A stretch of DNA of 40,000 nucleotides, taken from Vibrio mytili. GTDB lineage: Bacteria; Pseudomonadota; Gammaproteobacteria; Enterobacterales; Vibrionaceae. Under the pieces are notes generated by a model. That model did not search any database and had not been told where the DNA came from. It saw only the letters and a list, made by a program, of their open reading frames with translations. Location: the NCBI RefSeq assembly GCF_000830505.1, contig NZ_JXOK01000010.1, forward strand, positions 83,794-123,793, read 5' to 3'. Of this stretch, positions 28,367 through 36,674 are shown piece by piece; position 1 is the first letter of the stretch; every line of letters begins with the position of its first letter. Made by a program: the position numbers and the translations under genes.

Positions 28367-28947
28367 ATGAGTAAAAAAAATACAGCAATCGTCAGTCTAT
28401 GCCTTCTTTTCTCACCAATGGTGTTTGCCCACCCGGGTCACCTTGGTAGTCATGGGCTTGAAAGCGGCTTTATGCATCCGTTGACGGGCTTGGATCACCT
28501 GACTGTCATGATTGGTGTGGGTCTGTTAGCGGCGTTGTTTGGGGGTAAAAACCGCTGGACAATGCCCCTAAGTTTTGTCGCCTTTATGGTGATTGGTGGC
28601 GTGATGGGTATTTCTAGCTTGTGGTTCCAGGTGTCGAAACCTTCATCGCGCTGAGTGTGATAATGATGGGCGTCATGCTGTTTCGCGGTACGAACATGCC
28701 ACAAAAAATGGCGACGACGCTGATCATGGCGTTTGCGGTGTTTCACGGTATGGCGCACGGTGCAGAAATGCCAATCAACAGTCAAGCGATCAGCTACTTC
28801 TCTGGCTTTATCGTTGTCACCGCCAGTCTGCACATTGTAGGTATCGTGTTAGGCGAAATGGTAATGCGTTTTGCAGCCAGCAAACGTTTGAATCAACTGG
28901 CAGGTGCGGTGATTGCTCTGCTGGGTGGCGCATTCCTGTTTTCATAA
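28367..28947 (+). pseudogene. hupE: HupE/UreJ-family nickel transporter, frame interrupted (or assembly indel)
   Basis: A signal peptide is followed by AHPGH..GFMHPLTGLDH (28367-28654). The adjacent frame, open from 28618, continues VVPGVETFIALSV...FHGMAHGAEMP to 28947. The span length is 2 mod 3 and the repaired product would be 193 aa. Confidence 0.8.
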
Positions 28948-28959
28948 TGGATAGAAGCG

Positions 28960-31247
28960 ATGATGCGTTGTCTGATTGAAATTAAAGGACAGGTACAAGG
29001 GGTTGGTTTTCGGCCCTTTGTGTACGGTCTGGCCATTGAGCACCAGTTGAAAGGCTGGGTGATCAATGATGCTCGGGGCGTACGGATTGACGTCCAAGGT
29101 GAACAGCGCCAATTTGACGCATTTTATCGTGAACTATTGATTAAGACACCGCCCTTAGCGCGTGTTGATAATATAGAATTACGTCCATTGGCATTGGCAG
29201 ATTTTACAGAATTCCGCATTTTACCGAGCCGTGGGGACAATGAAATTAGCGTCAGTGTTCCGCCCGACCAAGCGATTTGTATGGACTGTCGTCGGGAACT
29301 GTTTGATCCTAACTCGCGCTTTTATCACTACCCATTTATCAACTGCACTCATTGTGGTCCGCGTTACACCATCATCAAAGCCTTGCCATATGACCGTCAT
29401 CAAACCTCGATGAAGGGTTTTAAGCTTTGCCCAGATTGCGCGCGCGCGTACCAAAATCCAATGGATCGCCGTTATCATGCACAACCGGTGAGTTGCGCGC
29501 ACTGCGGCCCATCGGTTGCTCTGTTTAGCCCGCAACAAACACGTATCGCCAAAGAACACCAAGCGATTGAACGTGCAGCCGAGCAACTTATCGCAGGTGG
29601 TATCATTGCGCTTAAAGGCCTTGGCGGATTTCATTTGGTGTGTGATGCCACGTCTTACCAAGCGGTTGCGAGGTTGCGTGAGTTAAAACATCGCGCCAGA
29701 AAGCCGTTGGCCGTAATGGTGAGCGATGTGACGCAAGCCAAGCATTACGTTCAGGGTGAAGCGTTGGAGTGGCAAACGCTGAAATCGCAAGCCAGTCCTA
29801 TAGTATTGATGCGCAAGGCTGAGCGTGCTGATGAGGCAGAACGTCTGTCGCTGACAACGTCGCCCCAAATGTCGATTGCCTGGGTGTGATGCTGGCCTAC
29901 ACGCCACTACACCTATTGTTGATCGAGGCGTTGCAACTGCGTGGCTGTTTTGCGCCGTTGGTGATGACCAGCGCTAATGTGTCGGGGTTACCATTAGCGA
30001 CCGAAGCGCAGCAGGTGTTTGCGATGTTTGGGGCATCCCTCGACAGCGTGCTCGATCACAATCGCCCAATCATTCATGCCTGTGACGACAGCTTAGTGCA
30101 GTTGGCCGCTGGCAGCATGCGTGTGCTGCGTATGGCGCGTGGTTATGGACCTCTGAGTTTTCCGTTAGAGAATCACGCACCGGCCACGCTAGCAGTGGGC
30201 GCACAACAAAAATCGACCGTTGCATTTGCGGTGCGCAATCAATGGTTTTTGTCGCCTTACCTGGGGGATATCAACGATCTCGATACGCAGCAACGTTTTA
30301 TCGATGCGACTGGTTATTTTCCTGATCTTTACCAAGCATCGACCGAGCGTTGGGTGTCGGACGCTCATCCGGGTTATTTTTCAACCCAGTGGGTTAATGA
30401 GCAAACCGATTCAGCGCTACAAGTACAGCACCATTACGCGCATATTTTAGCCGTGATGGCTGAATCACAACTCAATGGTCCTGTTCTGGGGGTAAGTTTT
30501 GACGGCACTGGCGCGGGCGATGACGGGACGGTATGGGGCGGTGAAGTGATGATCGCAGACCGACTCAGTTATGAACGCATCGCGCACCTTCGACCTTTTC
30601 GTTTGATTGGGGGCGAACAAGCGATCCGTGAACCTGAACGCGTGCTGTACGCCTTATTGCTTGAAATCATGACGCCAGAACAGATCCAGCAGCTAAATCT
30701 GCCAGCGTTTGCGTCGTGGTCTGCGTCGCATTTCCAAAACCTGTTTCACTTGTGGCGCAACGCGGAACGTTCTCCGCTGTGTAGCTCGGTTGGTCGTCTG
30801 TTTGATGCGTGGGCATGCCTATTGGGCTTGGTGATGACACCGGATTACGAAGGCGAAAGCGGGCTGCAAATGGAGAATGCCGCGCGTCAAGCTGGCGAGC
30901 ACCAGTTTGCACTGGCATTGCCTTGGTGTGATCAGCAACTCGATTGGGCACCGGCGTTACAGCAATGTTTGGCGCAACACGAATTATCGTCCGAACGTTG
31001 GGCGTGTATATGTAGCGACGCCTTTATCAGCGCGTTGGCACAGGCAGTGGTCGATATTGCACAGCAACACGCTAACTTACCGTTGGTGTTGAGTGGCGGC
31101 GTGTTTCAAAATCGCTGCTTGCTGGATGCCATCGACGCGTTGTTCCCCGATTCGGCGTGTCCGTTTATCACCGGAAGTCACATTCCGGTCAATGATTCCG
31201 GAATCGCCGCGGGTCAGCTCTGGCATCAATTGGCTTATGACATTTAG
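28960..31247 (+). pseudogene. hypF: carbamoyltransferase HypF, frame interrupted (or assembly indel)
   Basis: The N-terminal part has the acylphosphatase motif VQGVGFRPFV, two pairs of CxxC zinc fingers, and the YrdC-like GLGGFHLVCDA. Its frame stops at 29887-29889. The adjacent frame is open from 29835 and reads SVADNVAPNVDCLGVMLAYTPLHLLL (E. coli: [24 protein letters not shown]), continuing to 31247. The span length is 2 mod 3. Confidence 0.85.
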
Positions 31248-31316
31248 TCGAACCTAAAGAATAACGCTACGGCGACGAATGGCGTCGTGGCTTCATTATC
31301 AATAAGTGAGAACACC

Positions 31317-31574
31317 ATGTGTTTATGTATTCCTTCCCGCGTGTTGTCTGTCGATGAAGACGGGATGACTGCCAAAGTGGACACCTTGGGTGTATGCAAA
31401 GAGATCAGCACACATCTCATCAGTGACCCAGTTGCCGTCGGCGACCATCTGCTTGTTCACGTGGGGTTCGCCATCAGCAAAATTAACCAGCAGGAAGCGG
31501 CAACCAACCTAGCGACGTATGAAGCGTTGTTGGCTGAGATGGAACAAGAAGACGTTGCGGTGTTGCTCTCATGA
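31317..31574 (+). CDS. hypC: hydrogenase maturation chaperone HypC
   Basis: The start is set at ATG 31317 so that the product begins MCLCIPSRV, giving the essential N-terminal Cys2. 85 aa. ATGA overlap with hypD. Confidence 0.85.
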   Translation: MCLCIPSRVLSVDEDGMTAKVDTLGVCKEISTHLISDPVAVGDHLLVHVGFAISKINQQEAATNLATYEALLAEMEQEDVAVLLS

Positions 31575-32722
31575 ATGCTGCGTCCAATCTGTATCAAACC
31601 TATCGTCGCCCGGATGTGGTGGTAGCCTTGGCGGATAAAATTCGCCAACACGCAGAGCAGCTTAACCAGCCGTTATACATCATGGAAGTGTGCGGTGGGC
31701 ATACTCACACCATCATGAAATATGGCTTGAAACAGTTGTTGCCGGAATCGCTCAGCTTCGTGCATGGCCCGGGGTGTCCGGTGTGTGTGATGCCAAAAGA
31801 GCGTATCGACCATGCGATTGCATTGGCACAATTGCCGGATGTAATGCTGGTGTGTTTGGGCGACATGATTCGCGTGCCGGGTTCGCGACAGTCTCTAGCG
31901 CAATGCCGAGCCGAAGGTGGACATGTGGTGCCGATTTATGATCCGATGGACGTGTTGAAGATCGCCAGAGAGAACCCAACCAAGCAGGTGGTCTATTTTG
32001 CAATTGGATTTGAAACCACCACACCCATGACGGCCGTGTTGGTCGATTTGGCCGAGCGCCAGCAGATCAACAATCTCTACTTTCACATTAATCATGTGTT
32101 GGTGCCGCCAGCGATGAATGCGGTGATGGCCGACGAACGCACGCCGGTGAACGCTTTTATTGGCCCGTCACACGTGAGTGCGGTGACCGGGTCACATATT
32201 TATCAACCGATTGTCGAACAACACCAAATTCCGGTGGTTGTGGCGGGCTTTGAGCCGGTCGATGTTCTGGAATCGGTATTGATGCTGGTTGAGCAAGCAG
32301 TCTCGAATCAGGCGGTGCTGGAAACTCAATATTCTCGCGTCGTGACATCGGAGGGGAACACGGTGGCTCAAGCGTTTGTCGACAAAGTATTGGCGGTGCG
32401 CGACACATTTACGTGGCGCGGGCTGGGCAATATTCCAAGTTCGGCATTGCAACTGCGTGATACGTACGCACATCGCGATGCGGAATTACGTTTTGCGGCG
32501 CATCTGCCACACCATCATCAAGACGATCATAAAGCGTGTCGCTGCGGCGACATCTTACGCGGCTTAGCTACACCGCCAGACTGCAAAGTGTTTGGCCGCG
32601 CGTGCAAGCCAACGCGCCCAATGGGCAGCTGCATGGTGAGTTCCGAAGGGGCTTGCAATGCGTATTATCGCTACGGCGCCATTGAATCGGTGTCGTTGAC
32701 CGGGGGGAACGAAAATGAGTGA
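31571..32722 (+). CDS. hypD: hydrogenase maturation protein HypD
   Basis: MEVCGGHTH, GPGCPVCV and the C-terminal Cys-rich SSEGACNAYYRY motifs are present. 383 aa. Confidence 0.9.
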   Translation: MNAASNLYQTYRRPDVVVALADKIRQHAEQLNQPLYIMEVCGGHTHTIMKYGLKQLLPESLSFVHGPGCPVCVMPKERIDHAIALAQLPDVMLVCLGDMIRVPGSRQSLAQCRAEGGHVVPIYDPMDVLKIARENPTKQVVYFAIGFETTTPMTAVLVDLAERQQINNLYFHINHVLVPPAMNAVMADERTPVNAFIGPSHVSAVTGSHIYQPIVEQHQIPVVVAGFEPVDVLESVLMLVEQAVSNQAVLETQYSRVVTSEGNTVAQAFVDKVLAVRDTFTWRGLGNIPSSALQLRDTYAHRDAELRFAAHLPHHHQDDHKACRCGDILRGLATPPDCKVFGRACKPTRPMGSCMVSSEGACNAYYRYGAIESVSLTGGNENE

Positions 32723-33716
32723 GATGACTCACGTGCAAATCAGTCATGGTGGCGGCGGTCAAGAGATGGGCCAGTTTATTCGCCAGTTATTTTTCTCGCG
32801 CTTTGGCAACGAAATTCTCAAACGCGACGAAGACGCTGCGAGCTTGTCGATCAGCGGCCCGATTGCGATGACCACCGACAGTTTCACCGTTTCACCGCTA
32901 TTTTTTCCAGGCGGCAATATCGGCTCGCTGGCGATTGCGGGCACCTGTAACGATCTGGCGATGGCTGCGGCGAAACCGACATATCTGAGTTGCGGTTTCA
33001 TGATTGAAGAGGGGCTGGCGCTGAGTGAGCTGACCGATATTGTCGACACCATGGCCAGGGAGCTCAGTCGCATCGACGCGCAAATTGTGTGTGGCGATAC
33101 CAAAGTGGTGCCTAAAGGCAGTGTCGATAAAGTTTTTATCAACACAACCGGTATTGGCGCCATCCTGCGTGACGGTGTGTCGGCGCACAACCTGCAACCG
33201 GGCGATTGCATTTTAGTGTCACGCGATATTGGTTGTCACGGTGCGTGTGTGCTGGCGCAGCGTGAATCGATGGCGCTAGAGACGCAAATCGAGAGCGATT
33301 GTGATCTGTTGTGGCCAGCGGTTAACGCGCTTTTGCACGCCGACATTGAGATTCACGCCATGCGCGATGCCACGCGCGGCGGTTTGTCTGCGGTGCTCAA
33401 CGAATGGTGTCAAACCAGCCAAGTACAGTTGGTGATTGATGAGCAAAGTGTGCCCGTGACCGACGCTGTGCGCGGGTTGTGTGAACTGTTTGGGTTCGAA
33501 CCTTACGATTTGGCCAATGAAGGCACTTTTGTGCTGGCCGTGCCCGCCAAAGATTGCGACACCGCACTGGCCGCGCTGCGCCAACATCATACCAACGCCG
33601 CGTGTATTGGCACCGTGCAAGCCGGAACGCCAGCGCGTCCCATTTTATGCAACCCTTGGGGAAGTCGTCGTTACCTCGACTTTCCGGCAGGCGAGTTGCT
33701 GCCACGAATTTGTTGA
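32715..33716 (+). CDS. hypE: carbamoyl dehydratase HypE
   Basis: PurM-like fold signature HGGGG and the invariant C-terminal PRIC. 333 aa. Confidence 0.9.
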   Translation: MSEMTHVQISHGGGGQEMGQFIRQLFFSRFGNEILKRDEDAASLSISGPIAMTTDSFTVSPLFFPGGNIGSLAIAGTCNDLAMAAAKPTYLSCGFMIEEGLALSELTDIVDTMARELSRIDAQIVCGDTKVVPKGSVDKVFINTTGIGAILRDGVSAHNLQPGDCILVSRDIGCHGACVLAQRESMALETQIESDCDLLWPAVNALLHADIEIHAMRDATRGGLSAVLNEWCQTSQVQLVIDEQSVPVTDAVRGLCELFGFEPYDLANEGTFVLAVPAKDCDTALAALRQHHTNAACIGTVQAGTPARPILCNPWGSRRYLDFPAGELLPRIC

Positions 33717-33724
33717 GAAGCGCC

Positions 33725-34066
33725 ATGCATGAACTTTCCATTAGCTTGAAAACCATCGATTTGGTTGTCGAGCAAGCTCAAAAGCACCACTACCGCAAGG
33801 TCACCAAAATTACGCTCAGCGTTGGGGTGTTGTCGTGCATTGAGCCAGAAGCGTTGCGAACTGGGTTAGAAATGGCCAGCCGCGAAACGATCGCCCAGGA
33901 CGCCGAAGTGGTGATAGAAACCCTGCCAGCGATTGCCGTGTGCCAAGGGTGTCGTCACCAGTTTGCAATTCAGAATTATCAAGACAGTTGTCCGCAGTGC
34001 CACAGTTATCAATTGACTGTGCAGCAAGGCGAAGAACTTCAGGTCAAACACATCGAGGTTGAATAA
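33725..34066 (+). CDS. hypA: nickel insertion protein HypA
   Basis: The start is set at ATG 33725 (MHELSI..., the N-terminal MHE Ni site). The zinc site is CQGC...CPQC. 113 aa. The track ORF from 33554 is an upstream extension that overlaps hypE. Confidence 0.85.
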   Translation: MHELSISLKTIDLVVEQAQKHHYRKVTKITLSVGVLSCIEPEALRTGLEMASRETIAQDAEVVIETLPAIAVCQGCRHQFAIQNYQDSCPQCHSYQLTVQQGEELQVKHIEVE

Positions 34067-34067
34067 T

Positions 34068-35204
34068 ATGTGTACTGTTTGTGGCTGCGGTGATAGCCAA
34101 ATTGAGCACGGTCATCAGCATGATCATCCCCATTCTCATGGACATTCACATGAGCACGGGCATTCTCATGACCATGCGCACGATCACGGTGAGTATCACA
34201 CTCACACTAGCGAACAACCGTTGGTGATTCATCATCATTACTCCCACCAAGGCGATGTTCATCATCACGTTCATTATCATGGCTTTACTCCGGCATCAGC
34301 GCCGCAGTACGCCCAGCTTGACCATGCACATCATGAACATAGTCACCATGAACATAGTCACTCTGACCATGCGCACCATGAACACAGTCATGCGGAACAG
34401 AGCCACCACGCCCATCATGCTCACTCAGACGATCACGACCACGCAGAGCATCACGCGCAGACGCATGCAAATGGTGATATGCATTTTGGTCGCGGCGAAG
34501 CGCAGGTGCATGTGGCGGGCGTATCTCAACGTCAATTGCTCACACTGGAACAAGACATTTTGGGCAAAAACAACGAAGTGGCAGAACACAACCGCGCGCA
34601 TTTCATTGCCGCTGGTCAGTTGGTGCTCAACCTTGTCTCCAGCCCGGGTTCAGGCAAAACCACCTTGTTGGTTGAAACCTTAAATCGTCTGAAAGATCGC
34701 TTGCCATGTGCGGTGATTGAAGGGGATCAACAAACCAGCAACGACGCCGACCGTATTCGCGCTACGCAAGTGCCAGCCTTGCAAGTCAACACTGGTAAAG
34801 GCTGCCATTTGGATGCCGATATGATTCACCACGCGTATCACCAATTAGCGTTTGATGAGTCCGGTGTGCTTTTCATCGAAAACGTGGGCAACTTGGTGTG
34901 TCCTGCCAGCTTTGATCTCGGCGAGCGTTGCAAAGTCGCGATTTTATCGGTCACCGAAGGAGAGGACAAACCTCTGAAATACCCCAACATGTTTGCTGAA
35001 TCTGAACTGATGATCATCAACAAAACGGATTTACTGCCGTACGTGAATTTCGACGTGGTGAACTGCATTCACAATGCCAAGAAAGTGAACCCAGCGATTC
35101 AGGTGATTCAGTTATCAGCGACCACTGGTGAAGGATTCGACGCTTGGCTCAATTGGCTGACCGAGCAGCGCGCGGTGGTGAACTGTTCTATTTCGGGCCT
35201 ATAA
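34068..35204 (+). CDS. hypB: nickel-binding GTPase HypB with a very long His-rich insert
   Basis: The start is set at ATG 34068 (MCTVCGCG, the CxxCGC motif). GTPase motifs are [19 protein letters not shown] and NKTDL. Residues 14-139 contain about 49 His by hand count. Confidence 0.9.
   Translation: MCTVCGCGDSQIEHGHQHDHPHSHGHSHEHGHSHDHAHDHGEYHTHTSEQPLVIHHHYSHQGDVHHHVHYHGFTPASAPQYAQLDHAHHEHSHHEHSHSDHAHHEHSHAEQSHHAHHAHSDDHDHAEHHAQTHANGDMHFGRGEAQVHVAGVSQRQLLTLEQDILGKNNEVAEHNRAHFIAAGQLVLNLVSSPGSGKTTLLVETLNRLKDRLPCAVIEGDQQTSNDADRIRATQVPALQVNTGKGCHLDADMIHHAYHQLAFDESGVLFIENVGNLVCPASFDLGERCKVAILSVTEGEDKPLKYPNMFAESELMIINKTDLLPYVNFDVVNCIHNAKKVNPAIQVIQLSATTGEGFDAWLNWLTEQRAVVNCSISGL
34332..34361 (+). 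repeat. perfect tandem 15-bp repeat inside the hypB His-rich region
   Basis: CATGAACATAGTCAC occurs twice (34332-34346 and 34347-34361), and a degenerate third copy CATGAACACAGTCAT lies at 34377-34391. Each copy encodes HEHSH units. Confidence 0.85.
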
Positions 35205-35286
35205 CGTCATCGCCATGTGGTTCTGAATGTTGGGCGACTCCGCCCATCATGTGTATTTTAAGCAACGTTCGTTAAAAGGTTCGATC

Positions 35287-36546
35287 ATGCGTTTAAGTCA
35301 AATGTCTCTTCTTCTCTGCGGCTTCAGCCTTAGCTCTATCGCTGCCGCGGCTACCTTCTCCGATGTCTTGGAGAGCCAACAAGCGCAACAGGATAAGGTG
35401 CAAATTGTCGATTGTCGCGACAGTAACTTCTACAACGGCTGGCCAGAAATGGGCCAAACGGCTGGCGGTCATATTCCGGGGGCGGTGAACTTTGATTCGC
35501 GCTGGGTCGAAATGATGTCAACCGATGAACTAAAACAGATCATCGAGAATAAGTCGCTGGTTAAAGATCAGCCTACTTTTCTTTACTGCGCCGTTGAAAG
35601 TGCAGCTCAATTGAAAAAAACATTGTTGAATCATGGTTTTCAATCCGTCGAGATCATTGAACAGCCGCTGGAACAATACCAAGGCGAGTTGGTAGCATTG
35701 CCCCGTTACCAAAACTTGGTGCCAGCTTGGTGGTTGGATGACGTGCTCAAAGGTGAGACCGTACAACATGCCCCAAGTAACGATTACAAAGTGCTGGAAG
35801 TGGCATGGGGTCCGGCAACCAAGTACCTGTGGGCGCACATTCCGGGCGCTCAGTATGTCAATACCAACGACATCGAATCGAAACCTTGGTGGAACCGCGT
35901 GTCTGACCAACAGCTGGAAATTCTGGTTAACAATCTCGGTATCAAATACGACACCACTGTGATTTTGTACGGCCGCGATAACACGGCGGCAGCGCGACTG
36001 GCCAACATTCTGATGTATGTGGGGGTGCAAGATGTGCGTCTGCTCAACGGCGGCTGGCAATCTTGGGAAGATGGTGGTTACAAAACAGCAATGACGTCAC
36101 CAGACGTCTCGGCGACCACATCTTTTGGTAAGACCATTCCAGCCAATAAAAATTACATTATTGACCTGCCAGAAGCGAAAGCATTGCTGACATTACCACA
36201 AGACAAGCAATCGCTGGTGAGTATTCGTTCCTTGGCCGAATTTAACGGGGAAACTAGCGGCTACGATTACATTCAGTCCAAAGGTCATATTCCGGGCGCA
36301 AAATGGGGTCACGCGGGCAGCGATGCGTACCATCTGGAAGATTTTCGTAACCCAGACCAAACCATGCGCAGCGCGAATGAAATCACTCAGTTCTGGCATG
36401 AATCCAACATCGAGCCACAGCAACAAGTATCGTTTTTCTGCGGTACCGGTTGGCGTGCTTCTGAAGTCTTTTTTGATGCTTACGTGATGGGCTGGGAAAA
36501 TATCAGCGTTTATGACGGCGGTTGGTATCAATGGGCAGGGAAATAA
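35287..36546 (+). CDS. periplasmic multi-domain rhodanese (thiosulfate sulfurtransferase, YnjE-like)
   Basis: The start is set at ATG 35287, giving the signal peptide MRLSQMSLLLCGFSLSSIAAAA. Rhodanese modules are repeated, and the last carries the active-site loop FFCGTGWRAS. The size is like E. coli YnjE. Confidence 0.75.
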   Translation: MRLSQMSLLLCGFSLSSIAAAATFSDVLESQQAQQDKVQIVDCRDSNFYNGWPEMGQTAGGHIPGAVNFDSRWVEMMSTDELKQIIENKSLVKDQPTFLYCAVESAAQLKKTLLNHGFQSVEIIEQPLEQYQGELVALPRYQNLVPAWWLDDVLKGETVQHAPSNDYKVLEVAWGPATKYLWAHIPGAQYVNTNDIESKPWWNRVSDQQLEILVNNLGIKYDTTVILYGRDNTAAARLANILMYVGVQDVRLLNGGWQSWEDGGYKTAMTSPDVSATTSFGKTIPANKNYIIDLPEAKALLTLPQDKQSLVSIRSLAEFNGETSGYDYIQSKGHIPGAKWGHAGSDAYHLEDFRNPDQTMRSANEITQFWHESNIEPQQQVSFFCGTGWRASEVFFDAYVMGWENISVYDGGWYQWAGK

Positions 36547-36611
36547 ACTCTAACTTTCGCGGTGAATTACATCTATCGTTGCAGCATGAGCGGTAGACAT
36601 GAAAGAGAATA

Positions 36612-36654
36612 AAGAGGCGACGTGATGGACTTAAATTTCAGCACGTTGCCTCTT
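36612..36654. terminator. bidirectional terminator hairpin between the rhodanese gene and selD
   Basis: AAGAGGCGACGTG pairs with CACGTTGCCTCTT, a 13-bp stem with one G-T pair and a 17-nt loop. An A-rich run lies to the left and TGTTTATTT to the right. Confidence 0.65.
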
Positions 36655-36674
36655 TGTTTATTTGGGCGAGGGAG

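Noticed and set aside
32537-32552. The perfect palindrome TGTCGC-TGCG-GCGACA resembles the TGTCG...CGACA enhancer cores.
   Set aside because: It lies inside hypD and encodes a Cys-rich segment (ACRCGD). Coding constraint explains it and there is no associated promoter.
33554-33724. A long upstream extension of the hypA ORF (170 aa in the track). Similar extensions occur at 3927-3989 (MFS), 35227-35286 (rhodanese), 31287-31316 (hypC), 34059-34067 (hypB) and 37720-37725 (selD).
   Set aside because: The extensions overlap the preceding gene or lack homology. Conserved N-termini (MHE for HypA, MC for HypC and HypB, a signal peptide for the rhodanese, MxxxSIRLT for SelD) fix the internal starts.
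12106-36531. Many 60-210-aa ORFs antisense to, or out of frame with, the sel, hyc, hyp and fdhF genes. Examples are 13583-14032, 16565-16996, 17834-18289, 18120-18746, 19749-20258, 20823-21230, 23930-24352, 29221-29661, 32759-33211 and 35530-36060.
   Set aside because: All lie within strongly supported genes on the other strand or frame. Their composition is Arg/His/Cys-rich and low in complexity, as is typical of shadow ORFs in the more GC-rich coding DNA. None has an SD or a recognisable motif.
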